Source: an uncultured Acidobacteriota bacterium
GTDB taxonomy: Bacteria > Acidobacteriota > Thermoanaerobaculia > Gp7-AA8
Length of the DNA stretch: 64,000 nt
Direction: 5' to 3'
Assembly: GCA_963822445.1 (NCBI GenBank)
Contig: CAWGHO010000002.1
Location: 416,001 to 480,000 of the forward strand
The position numbers and the translations under genes are program-made. The notes beneath the pieces were generated by a model. The model made no database searches, was not told the origin of the DNA, and was given only the letters and a program-made list of their open reading frames with translations. This document shows positions 46,607-56,432 of the stretch, in pieces. Within the stretch, counting starts at the first letter, position 1. Each line of letters opens with the position of its first letter.

Positions 46607-48517
46607 TCACCACCCTCCCCCACCCCCGCCCCCGCTGCTGCTCGAGCTGCTGGACGAGCTGCTGCCCCCGCCCCCGCCACCGCTGCTCGACGGCGCCGAC
46701 ACACCCGCGCCGACGGCCGCGGCGGCAAGCGCCCAGGACGCGGTTGCGCCCGCGCCGCCGAATGCGCCGCCGCCGCCCGTCCAGCTCGCCCCCGCCGAGG
46801 AAATCGACGAGGACGATGAGGAGCTGAACGAGCTCGATGAAGAGCCCGAGGCCGCGGCGACACTTTCCGCGCCGCCGTGCGAGCGAAACCAGGACTCGAC
46901 GTTTCGGCCGAGGCCGAGGGCCAGGAGGTAGGGGAACCAGTCGTCGCGCAGACGCGGTTGCGCGGAGCGAAGCTGCGCGCGCAGATACCGCCGCGCGGAG
47001 ATCACTTTCTTGCGGAAGGCGTTCTTCTCTGGCGAGTCCGTCGTCCGCAGCGTATTGAGAACGAGATTCACCAGCGCCAGCAGCGCCGTCGCGCACGCGA
47101 GCATCGCCGGAACGCTGAACAGATACTCGCTGGACTGCATCAGGTAACGGAAGACGCTCGCGAACACCGGGACCGAGAATGCGAACACGATCGCAAAACG
47201 CAGCGGGATCCGGTTCATGGCATTCGAGTGGACCCGCGCCGCGATGGTGCTGCCGATCAATGCGAAGAATCCCAGGAACATCGTGATCGCCACGAGCGCG
47301 GCGTCGTTACCGCCACGGAACGCGATCACGATCATCATCACGACGGCGACGACCAGTGCAATGACAGGGATCTTCCAGTCGACAACGTTCTCCTTCGACG
47401 CCCACTTCGGAATCCGCTGCAACTCGGCTTCGATCGGCGAATCGATCAACGCCGCGAGGTTCAGCCCCGTCGAGCGGTAGTGTTTGCGAATCGCATCGGT
47501 ATCGGTCTCTTTCCGTCCACCGAAGAAGAGCTTTCGCAGGACCGCGCCGTGATGCCCGTCGGTCTCTCCGCGATCGCCGAGCAAACGCATCTTCAGCCGC
47601 GAGCGCCGGAGGAGCCGCTTCTCCACGCTGGTCTCGATCTTCTTCGCCTGCGCCAGCGAAGCAATCACCGCCGCAACTTCGGCCGCCCCTACTTTCCCAT
47701 CCCACGCCGCGCCGATGGCTTCCGGCGAAAACTCGAGGATGTTCGTCTCCAGCCAGGCATCGTCGATGGCCGACACAGGTGTGAGTCCGCCGAAACGCCC
47801 GCGCTCCCGTTCGTGGAGGTAGAAACTGAAAGCGAGCGTGGCGATGCCGATGACGATCAGCGCGATCGCGGCCTTGCCAAGTGCGGGAGACGGCAGAATC
47901 GTGACCGCGGCCGGCTTGCCGCGTCCCCTCCAATCCACAGTCCTCGTGACGAGGAATCCTTCGCCGGGCTGCAGACCTCGCGCGCTGGCGGTGAGGACCG
48001 GCTCGATGCCGACCCACTCCGGGGCAGTCGTGAGGCGCAGGGAGAAGTGCTCCACGACGCCGGTGCGCTCGGGAAACAGGAAATCGTGATTGAGGCGGTA
48101 CTCGTCGTTGCGTCCGCGAAGGACGCCGGTGAGCTGATAGCGGATGCGATACGTCAGCGCTTTCGCTTCGAACTCGGGGTCCGTCGGAAGGCGGCTGCGC
48201 CACCGCAGCACGTTTCCATCCATCAGCTGATACTGGTCGACCGCCGACAGATTGCCGACGGAAAGCGGGACGATGGTCTCGCCGTCGATCCGGTCCACGC
48301 CGAGGATCTTCAGCGATTGTCTGGGGCGGACGTTGAAGGTGCGCTCGCCGCCGTTCCAGTCGCCGTCGAAGACGTAAGCCTGGGTCTCGCTGACCTCCAG
48401 CACGCCATCGCGATCGAGCCGCGCGTCGACGGCCACCGACGACCAGTAAAGCGAGCGAGCCTGCGCGGACAGCGCGGAGAAAAGGAGAAGGGCACCGAGG
48501 AAATACGGCCGATGCAT
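46607..48517 (-). CDS. DUF2207-type predicted membrane protein
   Basis: Signal peptide; DGVLEVSETQ..FDG.WNG; several TMs; PYLLALGL; Gly/Ser-rich tail ending GGGGGGGW. Confidence 0.85.
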   Translation of the reverse strand: MHRPYFLGALLLFSALSAQARSLYWSSVAVDARLDRDGVLEVSETQAYVFDGDWNGGERTFNVRPRQSLKILGVDRIDGETIVPLSVGNLSAVDQYQLMDGNVLRWRSRLPTDPEFEAKALTYRIRYQLTGVLRGRNDEYRLNHDFLFPERTGVVEHFSLRLTTAPEWVGIEPVLTASARGLQPGEGFLVTRTVDWRGRGKPAAVTILPSPALGKAAIALIVIGIATLAFSFYLHERERGRFGGLTPVSAIDDAWLETNILEFSPEAIGAAWDGKVGAAEVAAVIASLAQAKKIETSVEKRLLRRSRLKMRLLGDRGETDGHHGAVLRKLFFGGRKETDTDAIRKHYRSTGLNLAALIDSPIEAELQRIPKWASKENVVDWKIPVIALVVAVVMMIVIAFRGGNDAALVAITMFLGFFALIGSTIAARVHSNAMNRIPLRFAIVFAFSVPVFASVFRYLMQSSEYLFSVPAMLACATALLALVNLVLNTLRTTDSPEKNAFRKKVISARRYLRAQLRSAQPRLRDDWFPYLLALGLGRNVESWFRSHGGAESVAAASGSSSSSFSSSSSSSISSAGASWTGGGGAFGGAGATASWALAAAAVGAGVSAPSSSGGGGGGSSSSSSSSSSGGGGGGGW

Positions 48518-48538
48518 GAGTGCAGGATACGCGCTCGA

Positions 48539-48633
48539 TCTGGACTGCGGCGGCAATAGCCGCCGCTCTGGCTCGCGGCAGCAGAGCTGCCGCCGGGCGA
48601 GAGAGAGCGGCAGCTCTGCTGCCGCAGTCCAGA
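48539..48633. repeat. Intergenic palindromic REP-like element
   Basis: TCTGGACTGCGGC...GCCGCAGTCCAGA termini with internal GCGGCAGCAGAGCTGCCGC / GCGGCAGCTCTGCTGCCGC inverted units. Confidence 0.65.
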
Positions 48634-48647
48634 GCCGCCGCACTCCA

Positions 48648-51230
48648 TCACCCCGTGTTGCGCATGCCCGCGGCGATGCCATTCACGGTCACCACAAACG
48701 CCTCGCGAAGCGATTCGTCGGGCGACTGGCGCAGCCGCCGCAGGATCTCTGCCTGCACGACGTTGATCGGATCGACGTACGGATTGCGCACGTCGATCGA
48801 GCGGCGCAACGCGTGATTCGTCTCCAGCAGGCGCTCGTGGCCGGTGACGCGTTTCACGAGCTCGACAGTCGTCGCGAGCCGCGCTCGAAGCGTTTCGCCG
48901 AGGCCGCGGAGATCGTCGGGAACGAGCAGGCGGTCGTAGTACGCGGCGATCTTCGCCTCCGCTTTCGCGAGGACCATCTCGATCAGCTCGATGGTCGAGC
49001 GGAAGAACGGCCACTCCTCCATCATCGCGGCGAGCGTTGCTGCGTCGCCGGCTTGCAGCGCGTCATCGACGCCGAGCCACGACGGCAGGAGCAAACGGTT
49101 CTGCGTCCAGGCGAACTGCCACGGAATGGCGCGCAGCGACTCCACGCCTTTCTTCGCGCCGCCCCGTCGCGCCGGACGGCTCCCGATGTTGATCTCCCCC
49201 AACTCCACCTCCGGAGTCGCGGCGCGGAAGTAATCGATGAACGCCGGCGTCTCGTACACGACCTCGCGGTATCCGCTGACCGAGGCGTCGGCCATGCGCT
49301 GGATCTCGCGGCGCCATTCGTCGCGCGGCGCGGGTGACGGCGCGAGCGTCGCGTCGAGCGTGGCCGTCGTGTAGACCTCGAGCGTGCGCAAGGCGATACC
49401 AACCAGCCCGAACTCGGCCTGGATCATTTCTCCCTGCACGGTTACGCGGAGGCGGCCTTCGATCGAGCCGGGCGGTTGGGATCGGATCGCGAGATAGGTC
49501 GGCCCACCGCCTCTGCCCACACTTCCGCCGCGGCCGTGGAAGAGCGTGAGCTCGACTCCGGCGTCGCGGCACGCGGCGACGATCTGTTCCTGCGCCTGAA
49601 AAAGCTCCCAGGCCGCGGCGAAGCGGCCGGCATCCTTCGAGGAGTCGGAGTAGCCGATCATCACTTCCTGGCGGCCGTCGATTGCATCGCGATAGGCGTC
49701 GAGAGCTAACAGTTTCGACATCGTCTCGCCGGCGCCGCGAAGATCGTCGCGGGTCTCGAAAAGCGGGACGACACGCAGTGGCTCGCGCGCGCCGGCTTCC
49801 TTCTGCAGCAACGCCACCGCGAGCACGTCCGACGCGGTGCGGGCCATGGTGATGACGTATGCGCCGAGGGATTCGCGGGGGATGCGGGCGATGGCGCGGA
49901 AGGTGTCGAGGTCTTCGCGGGCGTCTGCGTCGAGCTCGAGATCGGGCGGAATCAGCGGATCGTGTTCGCGCAGGAGAAACTCCACGCGCTGCTCTTCACC
50001 CCATTTCGAATACTTTCCGCCGGTGATCGCGTCGAGCAGCGCGGTGTGCCGCGCAGAGTCCTGCCGCACGTCGAGACGCACCAGCGTGAGACCGAACGCG
50101 TGGACGCGGCGGATGACGTCGAGGAGATGACCGTCGGCGATCAGGCCGTTGCCGGTGTCGTGAAGGGAGCGGTAGCAGCGGAGGAGCGGTTCGAGGAGGT
50201 CGTTGCTTTGAACATAACCGTTGAACTGCGAGCCCTCCAGCGCGCCCTCGATCGATTCGCGGGTAAGGAGCAACTGGTCGCGCACATCCTTTAATAGTGC
50301 GCGATACGGTTCGCGAACCCGCGGCAGCTCGTCGGAACCGGATTGCATCGAAAGCTCGGAGCGGAGCGCATCGATCTCGCGAAGATACAGATCCGCCGCG
50401 ACCCAGCGCGCGAGCAGGCAGGCTTTCTCGGTCACGGCCGCGGTGACGTTCGGATTACCGTCGCGATCCCCGCCGATCCACGAACCGAAGCGGATCGGCG
50501 CGGCGTCGATGGGAAGCGCACGGCCCGTGCGCGCGCGCAAAGCGTCGTCGAGCGCGCGGAGATACCGCGGCAGCGCGTCCCAGATCGTCTGCTCGAAGAT
50601 GAACAGCCCGCCCTTGACCTCATCGAGCGGCGTCGGACGCTCACGCCGCACCTCGTCGGTCTCCCATGCCGAGGTGATCTCGCGGCGCAGCTCGTCGACG
50701 TTCTCGCGCCGTTCGGGGATGGTCAGGTCCTGACGATCGCCGCGCGCGAGCAGCTCGCCGATGCGGCTGTACTTCTGCAGCAGCGTCCGTCGCACGACTT
50801 CAGTGGGATGCGCGGTGAGCACGAGCTCGATGCGCAACGCGACGACGCTCTCGAACAGCTTGTCCGGTTCGACATCCAGCCGCGCGAAGACTTCTTCAAA
50901 TGATCCGGGCTGCGGTGATGCGTCCGGATCGCGTTGATACTCGCGGCGCCGCCGCACGCGGTGATGCTGCTCGGCGATGTTCGCGAGATTCAGAAAATGC
51001 GCGAACGCCCGCGCCACCGGCAATGCATCGCACGTCGGCCGGGCCGCCAGCAGCTCCGCGAGCTTGTCGAAATCCGCGTCGTTTCCCGCCCGCCCGCTTT
51101 TCGCCAGCGCCCGCACGCGCTCGACCATCTCGAACAGCTCGACGCCTTCCTGCGCGCGCAACGTTTCGCCGAGGAGGTCGCCGAGAAGATGAACGTCGTC
51201 GCGAAGGGGTTGGTCGGGGGCGGGAGGCAT
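48648..51230 (-). CDS. ppc: Phosphoenolpyruvate carboxylase
   Basis: VLTAHPTE, SWIGGDRDGNP, QEVMIGYSDS.KD, FHGRGGSVGRGG, LRAIPW, GIAAGMRNTG. Confidence 0.97.
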   Translation of the reverse strand: MPPAPDQPLRDDVHLLGDLLGETLRAQEGVELFEMVERVRALAKSGRAGNDADFDKLAELLAARPTCDALPVARAFAHFLNLANIAEQHHRVRRRREYQRDPDASPQPGSFEEVFARLDVEPDKLFESVVALRIELVLTAHPTEVVRRTLLQKYSRIGELLARGDRQDLTIPERRENVDELRREITSAWETDEVRRERPTPLDEVKGGLFIFEQTIWDALPRYLRALDDALRARTGRALPIDAAPIRFGSWIGGDRDGNPNVTAAVTEKACLLARWVAADLYLREIDALRSELSMQSGSDELPRVREPYRALLKDVRDQLLLTRESIEGALEGSQFNGYVQSNDLLEPLLRCYRSLHDTGNGLIADGHLLDVIRRVHAFGLTLVRLDVRQDSARHTALLDAITGGKYSKWGEEQRVEFLLREHDPLIPPDLELDADAREDLDTFRAIARIPRESLGAYVITMARTASDVLAVALLQKEAGAREPLRVVPLFETRDDLRGAGETMSKLLALDAYRDAIDGRQEVMIGYSDSSKDAGRFAAAWELFQAQEQIVAACRDAGVELTLFHGRGGSVGRGGGPTYLAIRSQPPGSIEGRLRVTVQGEMIQAEFGLVGIALRTLEVYTTATLDATLAPSPAPRDEWRREIQRMADASVSGYREVVYETPAFIDYFRAATPEVELGEINIGSRPARRGGAKKGVESLRAIPWQFAWTQNRLLLPSWLGVDDALQAGDAATLAAMMEEWPFFRSTIELIEMVLAKAEAKIAAYYDRLLVPDDLRGLGETLRARLATTVELVKRVTGHERLLETNHALRRSIDVRNPYVDPINVVQAEILRRLRQSPDESLREAFVVTVNGIAAGMRNTG

Positions 51231-51288
51231 TGGGGGAGTCTATGCCTCAGACCTTGACCGGCGGCCTGCGCTGGCGCAGGGTGTGGCC

Positions 51289-51507
51289 ATGAGCGCGCTC
51301 AAGATCATCGCCATTCTGCTGATCGTCGCCGGCATTGCCGGACTGGTTTACGGCCAGTTCACCTACACGAAGAAAACCCACAACGTGGACCTCGGCCCGA
51401 TCGATCTCTCCGTGAAGGAGAAGCGGACAGTCAACGTACCGCTGTGGGCGGGGATCGCCGCAATCGTCGGCGGCGCCGCACTGCTGCTCGTGCCGAAGCG
51501 GACATGA
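51289..51507 (+). CDS. Small two-TM membrane protein
   Basis: IIAILLIVAGIAGLVYG; DLGPIDL; PLWAGIAAIVGGAALLLV. Confidence 0.75.
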   Translation: MSALKIIAILLIVAGIAGLVYGQFTYTKKTHNVDLGPIDLSVKEKRTVNVPLWAGIAAIVGGAALLLVPKRT

Positions 51508-51510
51508 CCC

Positions 51511-52533
51511 TCACACCACGCAAATCGCGTTGATGCGCGGCTCCACTTCTTCCACGTCGATCTGCACATCCACGAACTTCCGGATGATCTCGATGTTCGT
51601 CAGCGTGTGCTCGGTCAACGGTCCGGTGGTGAACGTGCCGCCGGCGCCGATGGCCATCGGCACGAGAAGCTGATCGGCGAGATGAGGTCCCGCGGCAACG
51701 GGCGCGACGAGATAGTCCTTCACCTCCGCGACCGCAGAATCAGCGACGTCCTCCGCGCGAACGCCCCTCGCGCCGAAGCCGGTGAAGATTTCAGTTACCT
51801 GCTCGGACTCGATCTCGATGGTGAGGACATTCCCCGGACCGGCTGAATCGACAGTCGCCTCGGCAAGCAGCCACTCCGGCGGCCAGGACATGCGCTCGGC
51901 GACGACGGCGAGCTCGCGCTCGGCGATGGACAGCGGAAGATGCGCGACCAGGGCGGTCGCGCGTCGCGACACGATCTCGCCGCGCGCCTCGAGGTTCAGC
52001 GGGCGGAACGTCGTCGGGCCGTCGACGCGCACCGAGACTCTTCCGCCGCCGGCAGGATAGAAACCGTGGCGGAGCAGTTCGACGTCGACGGTCGCGCCCA
52101 TCGTTCGCAGAAGCGGCACGAACGCTTTCACGAAGAAGTCGAAAGGCGGAGCGCCGGAGTTGTGCGTGCCGCCTTCGACGACGATCGAGCAACTGCCGTT
52201 CATCGTGAGCAGCACCGGCAGAACGGTCTGCACGACGAGCGTGGTGCTGCCGGCGGAGCCAATGGAGAAGAAGTAGTCGCCGCATTTCGGCTGGCCGGGA
52301 AGGAAGGTGAGCTGCTTCGATCCGAGCTCCGCGCCTTCGACAACGCCTTGCCCGATGACCGCTGCGGCGTTCACGGCCGCCAGATGCTGCCGGAGCAATC
52401 CCGGCTTGCTGCGTCGGGCGCGCACGTTTTCGAGGCGAAAGGGCTTCCCGGTGATGATCGAAAGGGCGAGCGCGGTCCGAAGAACCTGCCCTCCCCCTTC
52501 ACCGTGGGAACCGTCGATGACGATCGGATTCAC
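51511..52533 (-). CDS. rtcA: RNA 3'-terminal phosphate cyclase
   Basis: IDGSHGEGGGQVLR, PGLLRQH, GGTH, GFYPAGGG, HLADQL, catalytic His in LTEHTLTN. Confidence 0.95.
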   Translation of the reverse strand: MNPIVIDGSHGEGGGQVLRTALALSIITGKPFRLENVRARRSKPGLLRQHLAAVNAAAVIGQGVVEGAELGSKQLTFLPGQPKCGDYFFSIGSAGSTTLVVQTVLPVLLTMNGSCSIVVEGGTHNSGAPPFDFFVKAFVPLLRTMGATVDVELLRHGFYPAGGGRVSVRVDGPTTFRPLNLEARGEIVSRRATALVAHLPLSIAERELAVVAERMSWPPEWLLAEATVDSAGPGNVLTIEIESEQVTEIFTGFGARGVRAEDVADSAVAEVKDYLVAPVAAGPHLADQLLVPMAIGAGGTFTTGPLTEHTLTNIEIIRKFVDVQIDVEEVEPRINAICVV

Positions 52534-52562
52534 GGCACCGCTGATAACACTAAACTCGCCGC

Positions 52563-53273
52563 ATGACCCAGCACATCGGCATCGTGGCCTGCTCGGCCGA
52601 GGGCGCGGCGCTTTGTTATCGGACGATCTGCATCGAAGGCGCGGCGCTGCTCGGACCGCACGATCATCCCGAGGTGTCCATGCACACGCACTCGCTTGGC
52701 GAGTACATGAAGTGCATCAACCGCGACGATTGGGAAGCCGTGGGCGAACTGATGCTCTCGTCGGCGAACAAGCTGGCGGCAATCGGCGCCGACTTCCTGA
52801 TCTGTCCCGACAACACGATTCATCAGGCGCTGCCTCTCATCGCATCCCGATCGCCGCGGCCATGGCTGCACATCGCCGAAGTGGTCGCCGCGGAAGCAGC
52901 GGCGCGAGGGTTTCAGCGCCTCGGACTCACCGGCACGCGCTACCTGGTCAGCAGTGAGGTGTACCCGCAGAACTACGTACGCCCAACCGCGGATGAACGG
53001 GAGGAGATCAACCGGATCATCTTCGAGGAACTGGTTTACGGGGTGTTCAAGCCGAAGGCAGTCGTAACGTTTCAACGGGTCATCACAAGAATGAAAGAGG
53101 AGGGCTGCGACGCGGTAGTCCTCGGCTGCACAGAGATCCCGCTGATCATCAACGACTCGAATTCGCCTCTGCCGACTATTGACTCCACTCGCCTCCTCGC
53201 CCGCGCTGCTTTGCGGCGGGCAACAGGGAACGACGAGGGGCCTCCGGCGGGCGGCCACGGGCCGCAGCGCTGA
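52563..53273 (+). CDS. Aspartate/amino acid racemase family protein
   Basis: LICPDNTIH, WLHIAE, VVLGCTEIPL, DST. Confidence 0.88.
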   Translation: MTQHIGIVACSAEGAALCYRTICIEGAALLGPHDHPEVSMHTHSLGEYMKCINRDDWEAVGELMLSSANKLAAIGADFLICPDNTIHQALPLIASRSPRPWLHIAEVVAAEAAARGFQRLGLTGTRYLVSSEVYPQNYVRPTADEREEINRIIFEELVYGVFKPKAVVTFQRVITRMKEEGCDAVVLGCTEIPLIINDSNSPLPTIDSTRLLARAALRRATGNDEGPPAGGHGPQR

Positions 53274-53405
53274 TGTTGGCGTGAGCGCGATCCGCGCCAG
53301 CTACCGCGAGCTAGGCAGAAGGCACGACCAGCGCTGCCGGCCCGTGGCCGGCCCGCCGGAGGCCTCCTGGTCGTCCCCTTTTGCAACCATTCATAATCGC
53401 GGGGC

Positions 53406-54275
53406 ATGGAGATCACGCTGTCGTACCGGCCGCCGTACGACTGGGACGCGCTGTCGCGATTCCTGGCGGCGCGGGCGGGACGCGGGGTGGAGGTCGTCGA
53501 CGGGCACCACTACGCGCGGACGTTCGAGATCGATGGCGCGGCGGGGCATATCGAAGCGACGCCGACGCAAGAGCACCATCGCTTCGAAGTTGCCATTCAC
53601 GCCGCGCGTGTTACCGCGATTCCGAAAGTCGTCGCGCGACTGAGGCGGTTGCTCGATCTCGATGCGGATCCCGCGGTGATCTCGTCGCATCTGGGCGAGG
53701 ATCCCGCGCTCCGGAAGCTCGTGTCGGCGCGTCCCGGGCTGCGTCTTCCCGGCGCGTGGGATGGCTTCGAGATCGCGGTGCGCGCGATTCTCGGACAGCA
53801 GGTCACCGTCGCCGCGGCGACGCAGTTGTCAGGAAAACTGATCGCCGCGTTCGGCCAGCCGTACGACGCGTCGCCGCGAACGGAGGGGCTGACCCATCTC
53901 TTTCCGACCGCGGAGCGGCTTCGCGAGGCCGACATCGCGTCGATCGGAATGCCGAAGGCGCGCGCAGCATCGATCTCGGCGCTGGCCGCGGCGACGCTGA
54001 ACGATCCCACGCTGTTCGAAGCCGGTCAGGATCTCGGCGAGGCCATCGCGCGATTGCGGATGATTCCGGGGATCGGTGAGTGGACGGCGCAGTACATCGC
54101 CATGCGCGCGCTGCATGGCAGCGATGCCTTTCCGTCGGGCGACGTCGCGTTGCAGCGGGCGCTGGCTGATGGAAATGGCCGGCCGAATGCAAACCAGACC
54201 GAAGCACGCGCGGAAGCATGGCGTCCGTGGCGTGCGTACGCAGCGATTCATCTCTGGACAGGAGACTCACAGTGA
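53406..54275 (+). CDS. alkA: DNA-3-methyladenine glycosylase II (AlkA N-terminal + HhH-GPD)
   Basis: LSYRPPYDW, RAILGQQV, IPGIGEWTAQY, DAFPSGD, WRPWRAYA. Confidence 0.9.
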   Translation: MEITLSYRPPYDWDALSRFLAARAGRGVEVVDGHHYARTFEIDGAAGHIEATPTQEHHRFEVAIHAARVTAIPKVVARLRRLLDLDADPAVISSHLGEDPALRKLVSARPGLRLPGAWDGFEIAVRAILGQQVTVAAATQLSGKLIAAFGQPYDASPRTEGLTHLFPTAERLREADIASIGMPKARAASISALAAATLNDPTLFEAGQDLGEAIARLRMIPGIGEWTAQYIAMRALHGSDAFPSGDVALQRALADGNGRPNANQTEARAEAWRPWRAYAAIHLWTGDSQ

Positions 54276-55066
54276 CCTTTCGAAGCCTTCATGAATCAGG
54301 ACAATTTCTCATCCTTCCCAACGCGTGGGATGCGGGCAGCGCGCGGATCATCGAATCGAGCGGCGCGAAGGCGATCGCCACGTCCAGCGCGGCGGTGGCG
54401 TGGGCGAACGGCTATCCCGACGGCAACGCTCTGCCGCCGGAGATGCTCACGCGCACGATCGAGGCAATCACGCGCGTCATCGGCATCCCCCTTTCGGTGG
54501 ACAGCGAAGGCGGCTACTCGAACGATGCCGCGCAAGTCGGCGAGAACATTCTTGCGTTCGTGAATGCCGGCGCGGTCGGCATCAACATCGAGGATGGAAG
54601 CGAGTCGCCCGATCTGATGTGCGCGAAGATCGAGGCCGCGAAACGCGCGGGCGAAAAAGCGGGTGTGGATCTCTTCGTCAACGCCCGCGTCGACGTGCTG
54701 CTGAAACAGCTCACACCGCCGGAGCAAGCGATCGAGGAGACGCTCGCACGTGCGGCGCGCTACCGCGATGCCGGATGCGACGGCATCTTCGTGCCGATGT
54801 TGACGCGCGAGCACGAGATCGAGGCCGTCGTTCGCGGGATCGATCCGTTGCCGCTCAACGTGATGTGCGTGCCAAACCTCCCTCCCGCTTCGGAACTGCG
54901 GCGGCTGGGCGTGCGCCGGTTGAGCGCGGGAGCTTCGATCTCGAAGGCGGCGATCAGTCTGACCAAGCAGCTTGCCACTGAGTTTCTGGCGGATGGCGAC
55001 TCCGCGGCCGTGTACCGGCACGTCACGGACAAGACGGACATCAACGCGTTATTCCGGGGTCGCTGA
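54272..55066 (+). CDS. Isocitrate lyase/PEP mutase family protein
   Basis: LPNAWDAGSA, ATSS, D.EGGY, GINIEDG, FVNARVD, AGCDGIF; GTG overlaps the alkA stop. Confidence 0.9.
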   Translation: MTFRSLHESGQFLILPNAWDAGSARIIESSGAKAIATSSAAVAWANGYPDGNALPPEMLTRTIEAITRVIGIPLSVDSEGGYSNDAAQVGENILAFVNAGAVGINIEDGSESPDLMCAKIEAAKRAGEKAGVDLFVNARVDVLLKQLTPPEQAIEETLARAARYRDAGCDGIFVPMLTREHEIEAVVRGIDPLPLNVMCVPNLPPASELRRLGVRRLSAGASISKAAISLTKQLATEFLADGDSAAVYRHVTDKTDINALFRGR

Positions 55067-55130
55067 GGTGTGGTGCAGGCTTCCAGCCTGCCCTTACCGT
55101 CACAGGCAGGCCAGAGGGCTGCACCACACC
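55067..55130. repeat. REP-like inverted repeat (copy 1)
   Basis: GGTGTGGTGCAGGCTTCCAGCCTGCC...GGCAGGCCAGAGGGCTGCACCACACC between convergent genes. Confidence 0.7.
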
Positions 55131-55135
55131 CGCAG

Positions 55136-56398
55136 TTAAACAGCGAGCAATCCCGGATAGAGCACGCCGTCGGGCGTGTCGAAGTCGAGTCCGAGAAGCT
55201 CGGCGATGAGCGGGGCGATGCAGGTCAGCGGTAATTGCGTGACGGATGCGCCGGCGCGGATGCCCGCGCCGCAGGCGACGAAGCCGGTGTGCATGTCCGG
55301 CATGTCTGGATGGTGGCCGTGGCTCATGCCCGGATTCGGTTGCATGTCCGGCGCTTCGAAACGGTCGTCGATCACGAATCCCGCTCCGGCGGCGAGTGCG
55401 AAGGGCGATTCGCTGTCGCTTCCCAGCTCGATCAATTCATCACGCTCGACGATGCGGAACGTCTCCCGCTTTCCGCGCGGCAACTCGTCGAGCACGCGGC
55501 GCACCGCGTTCACGTTGTCGTCGGCGGGATCGTTGACGCGCAAGAACGCCGATCCGCCCAACGCGAAGAATCGCGCGCGATCGCGCAATCCCGCCTCGCT
55601 GAGCCACACGTTCGGCCGCAGCTGTGTGTGCACTTCGGTGTTCCCATGGTCGCCCGTGACGATGATCGCCGTCGTGTCCCAGGCCTTCGTCCGCTCGATG
55701 ACTTCGAGGAGCACGCTGACCACCTGATCCGAGGCGGCGACGGCTCGCTCGCGGCGGGGGTTGCGCCAGTCTGGTTCCTGCAGGACCTGTCCCGCGGCCT
55801 GCGTGTGCAGCATCAGCAACGTGGGGCGGTACTGTTCGAAGAGGTAGCGCGCGATCAGCGCGACCTGCAGATCGTGCATGAGGAACTTGTTGTTGAAGTT
55901 CTCCGGGGTCATGCGGCCGGTGGCCTCGCGCTCGAGCTCTTCGAGCAGTCCGCGAGGCTGATCGTTGCCGCGGAGGGCGGCCACGAGATCCTGCTGCTCG
56001 CCGGGCCAGATGTCCGGGATGCAGCGGTCGATGGCCGCCCCCACGGTGAGCGGCCAAAGGATGGACGCGGACGTACCGCCGCGTGCGCGAACGGCATCCC
56101 AGAGCGCGGGCACGCGAATGAGGCTCGCATCCTTCAGCCAGGGCGCGTTGCCCGGCTTGAATTCGCGGTTATGAAAAATGCCGTGACGCGCGGGCAACGC
56201 GCCGGTAGCGAGGGTGGTGTGTCCGGGATACGACAGCGCGGGGAACACGGCGCGCACCGATTCGGCGTGCGCGCCTTCGCGGTAGATCTGCTGGATGGCA
56301 GGCGCCGGCCATCGCTCGTCGAGATAGAACGCCGGCAACAGGCCGTCGACGCTCACCAGGATCACGTGCTGCGCTCTGGGCGTCTTCTTCGTCTTCAC
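55136..56398 (-). CDS. Type I phosphodiesterase/nucleotide pyrophosphatase (alkaline phosphatase superfamily)
   Basis: VILVSVDG, FPALSYPGHTT, HGI, TGDHG, SHGH; GTG start inferred. Confidence 0.85.
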   Translation of the reverse strand: MKTKKTPRAQHVILVSVDGLLPAFYLDERWPAPAIQQIYREGAHAESVRAVFPALSYPGHTTLATGALPARHGIFHNREFKPGNAPWLKDASLIRVPALWDAVRARGGTSASILWPLTVGAAIDRCIPDIWPGEQQDLVAALRGNDQPRGLLEELEREATGRMTPENFNNKFLMHDLQVALIARYLFEQYRPTLLMLHTQAAGQVLQEPDWRNPRRERAVAASDQVVSVLLEVIERTKAWDTTAIIVTGDHGNTEVHTQLRPNVWLSEAGLRDRARFFALGGSAFLRVNDPADDNVNAVRRVLDELPRGKRETFRIVERDELIELGSDSESPFALAAGAGFVIDDRFEAPDMQPNPGMSHGHHPDMPDMHTGFVACGAGIRAGASVTQLPLTCIAPLIAELLGLDFDTPDGVLYPGLLAV

Positions 56399-56432
56399 GT
56401 CGCGATGTTCCCTGCAGCGATGGGGCCACGCG

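Noticed and set aside
46607-46860. Low-complexity GCC/GCT/CCC-rich stretch
   Set aside because: Encodes the normal Gly/Ser-rich tail of a DUF2207-type protein.
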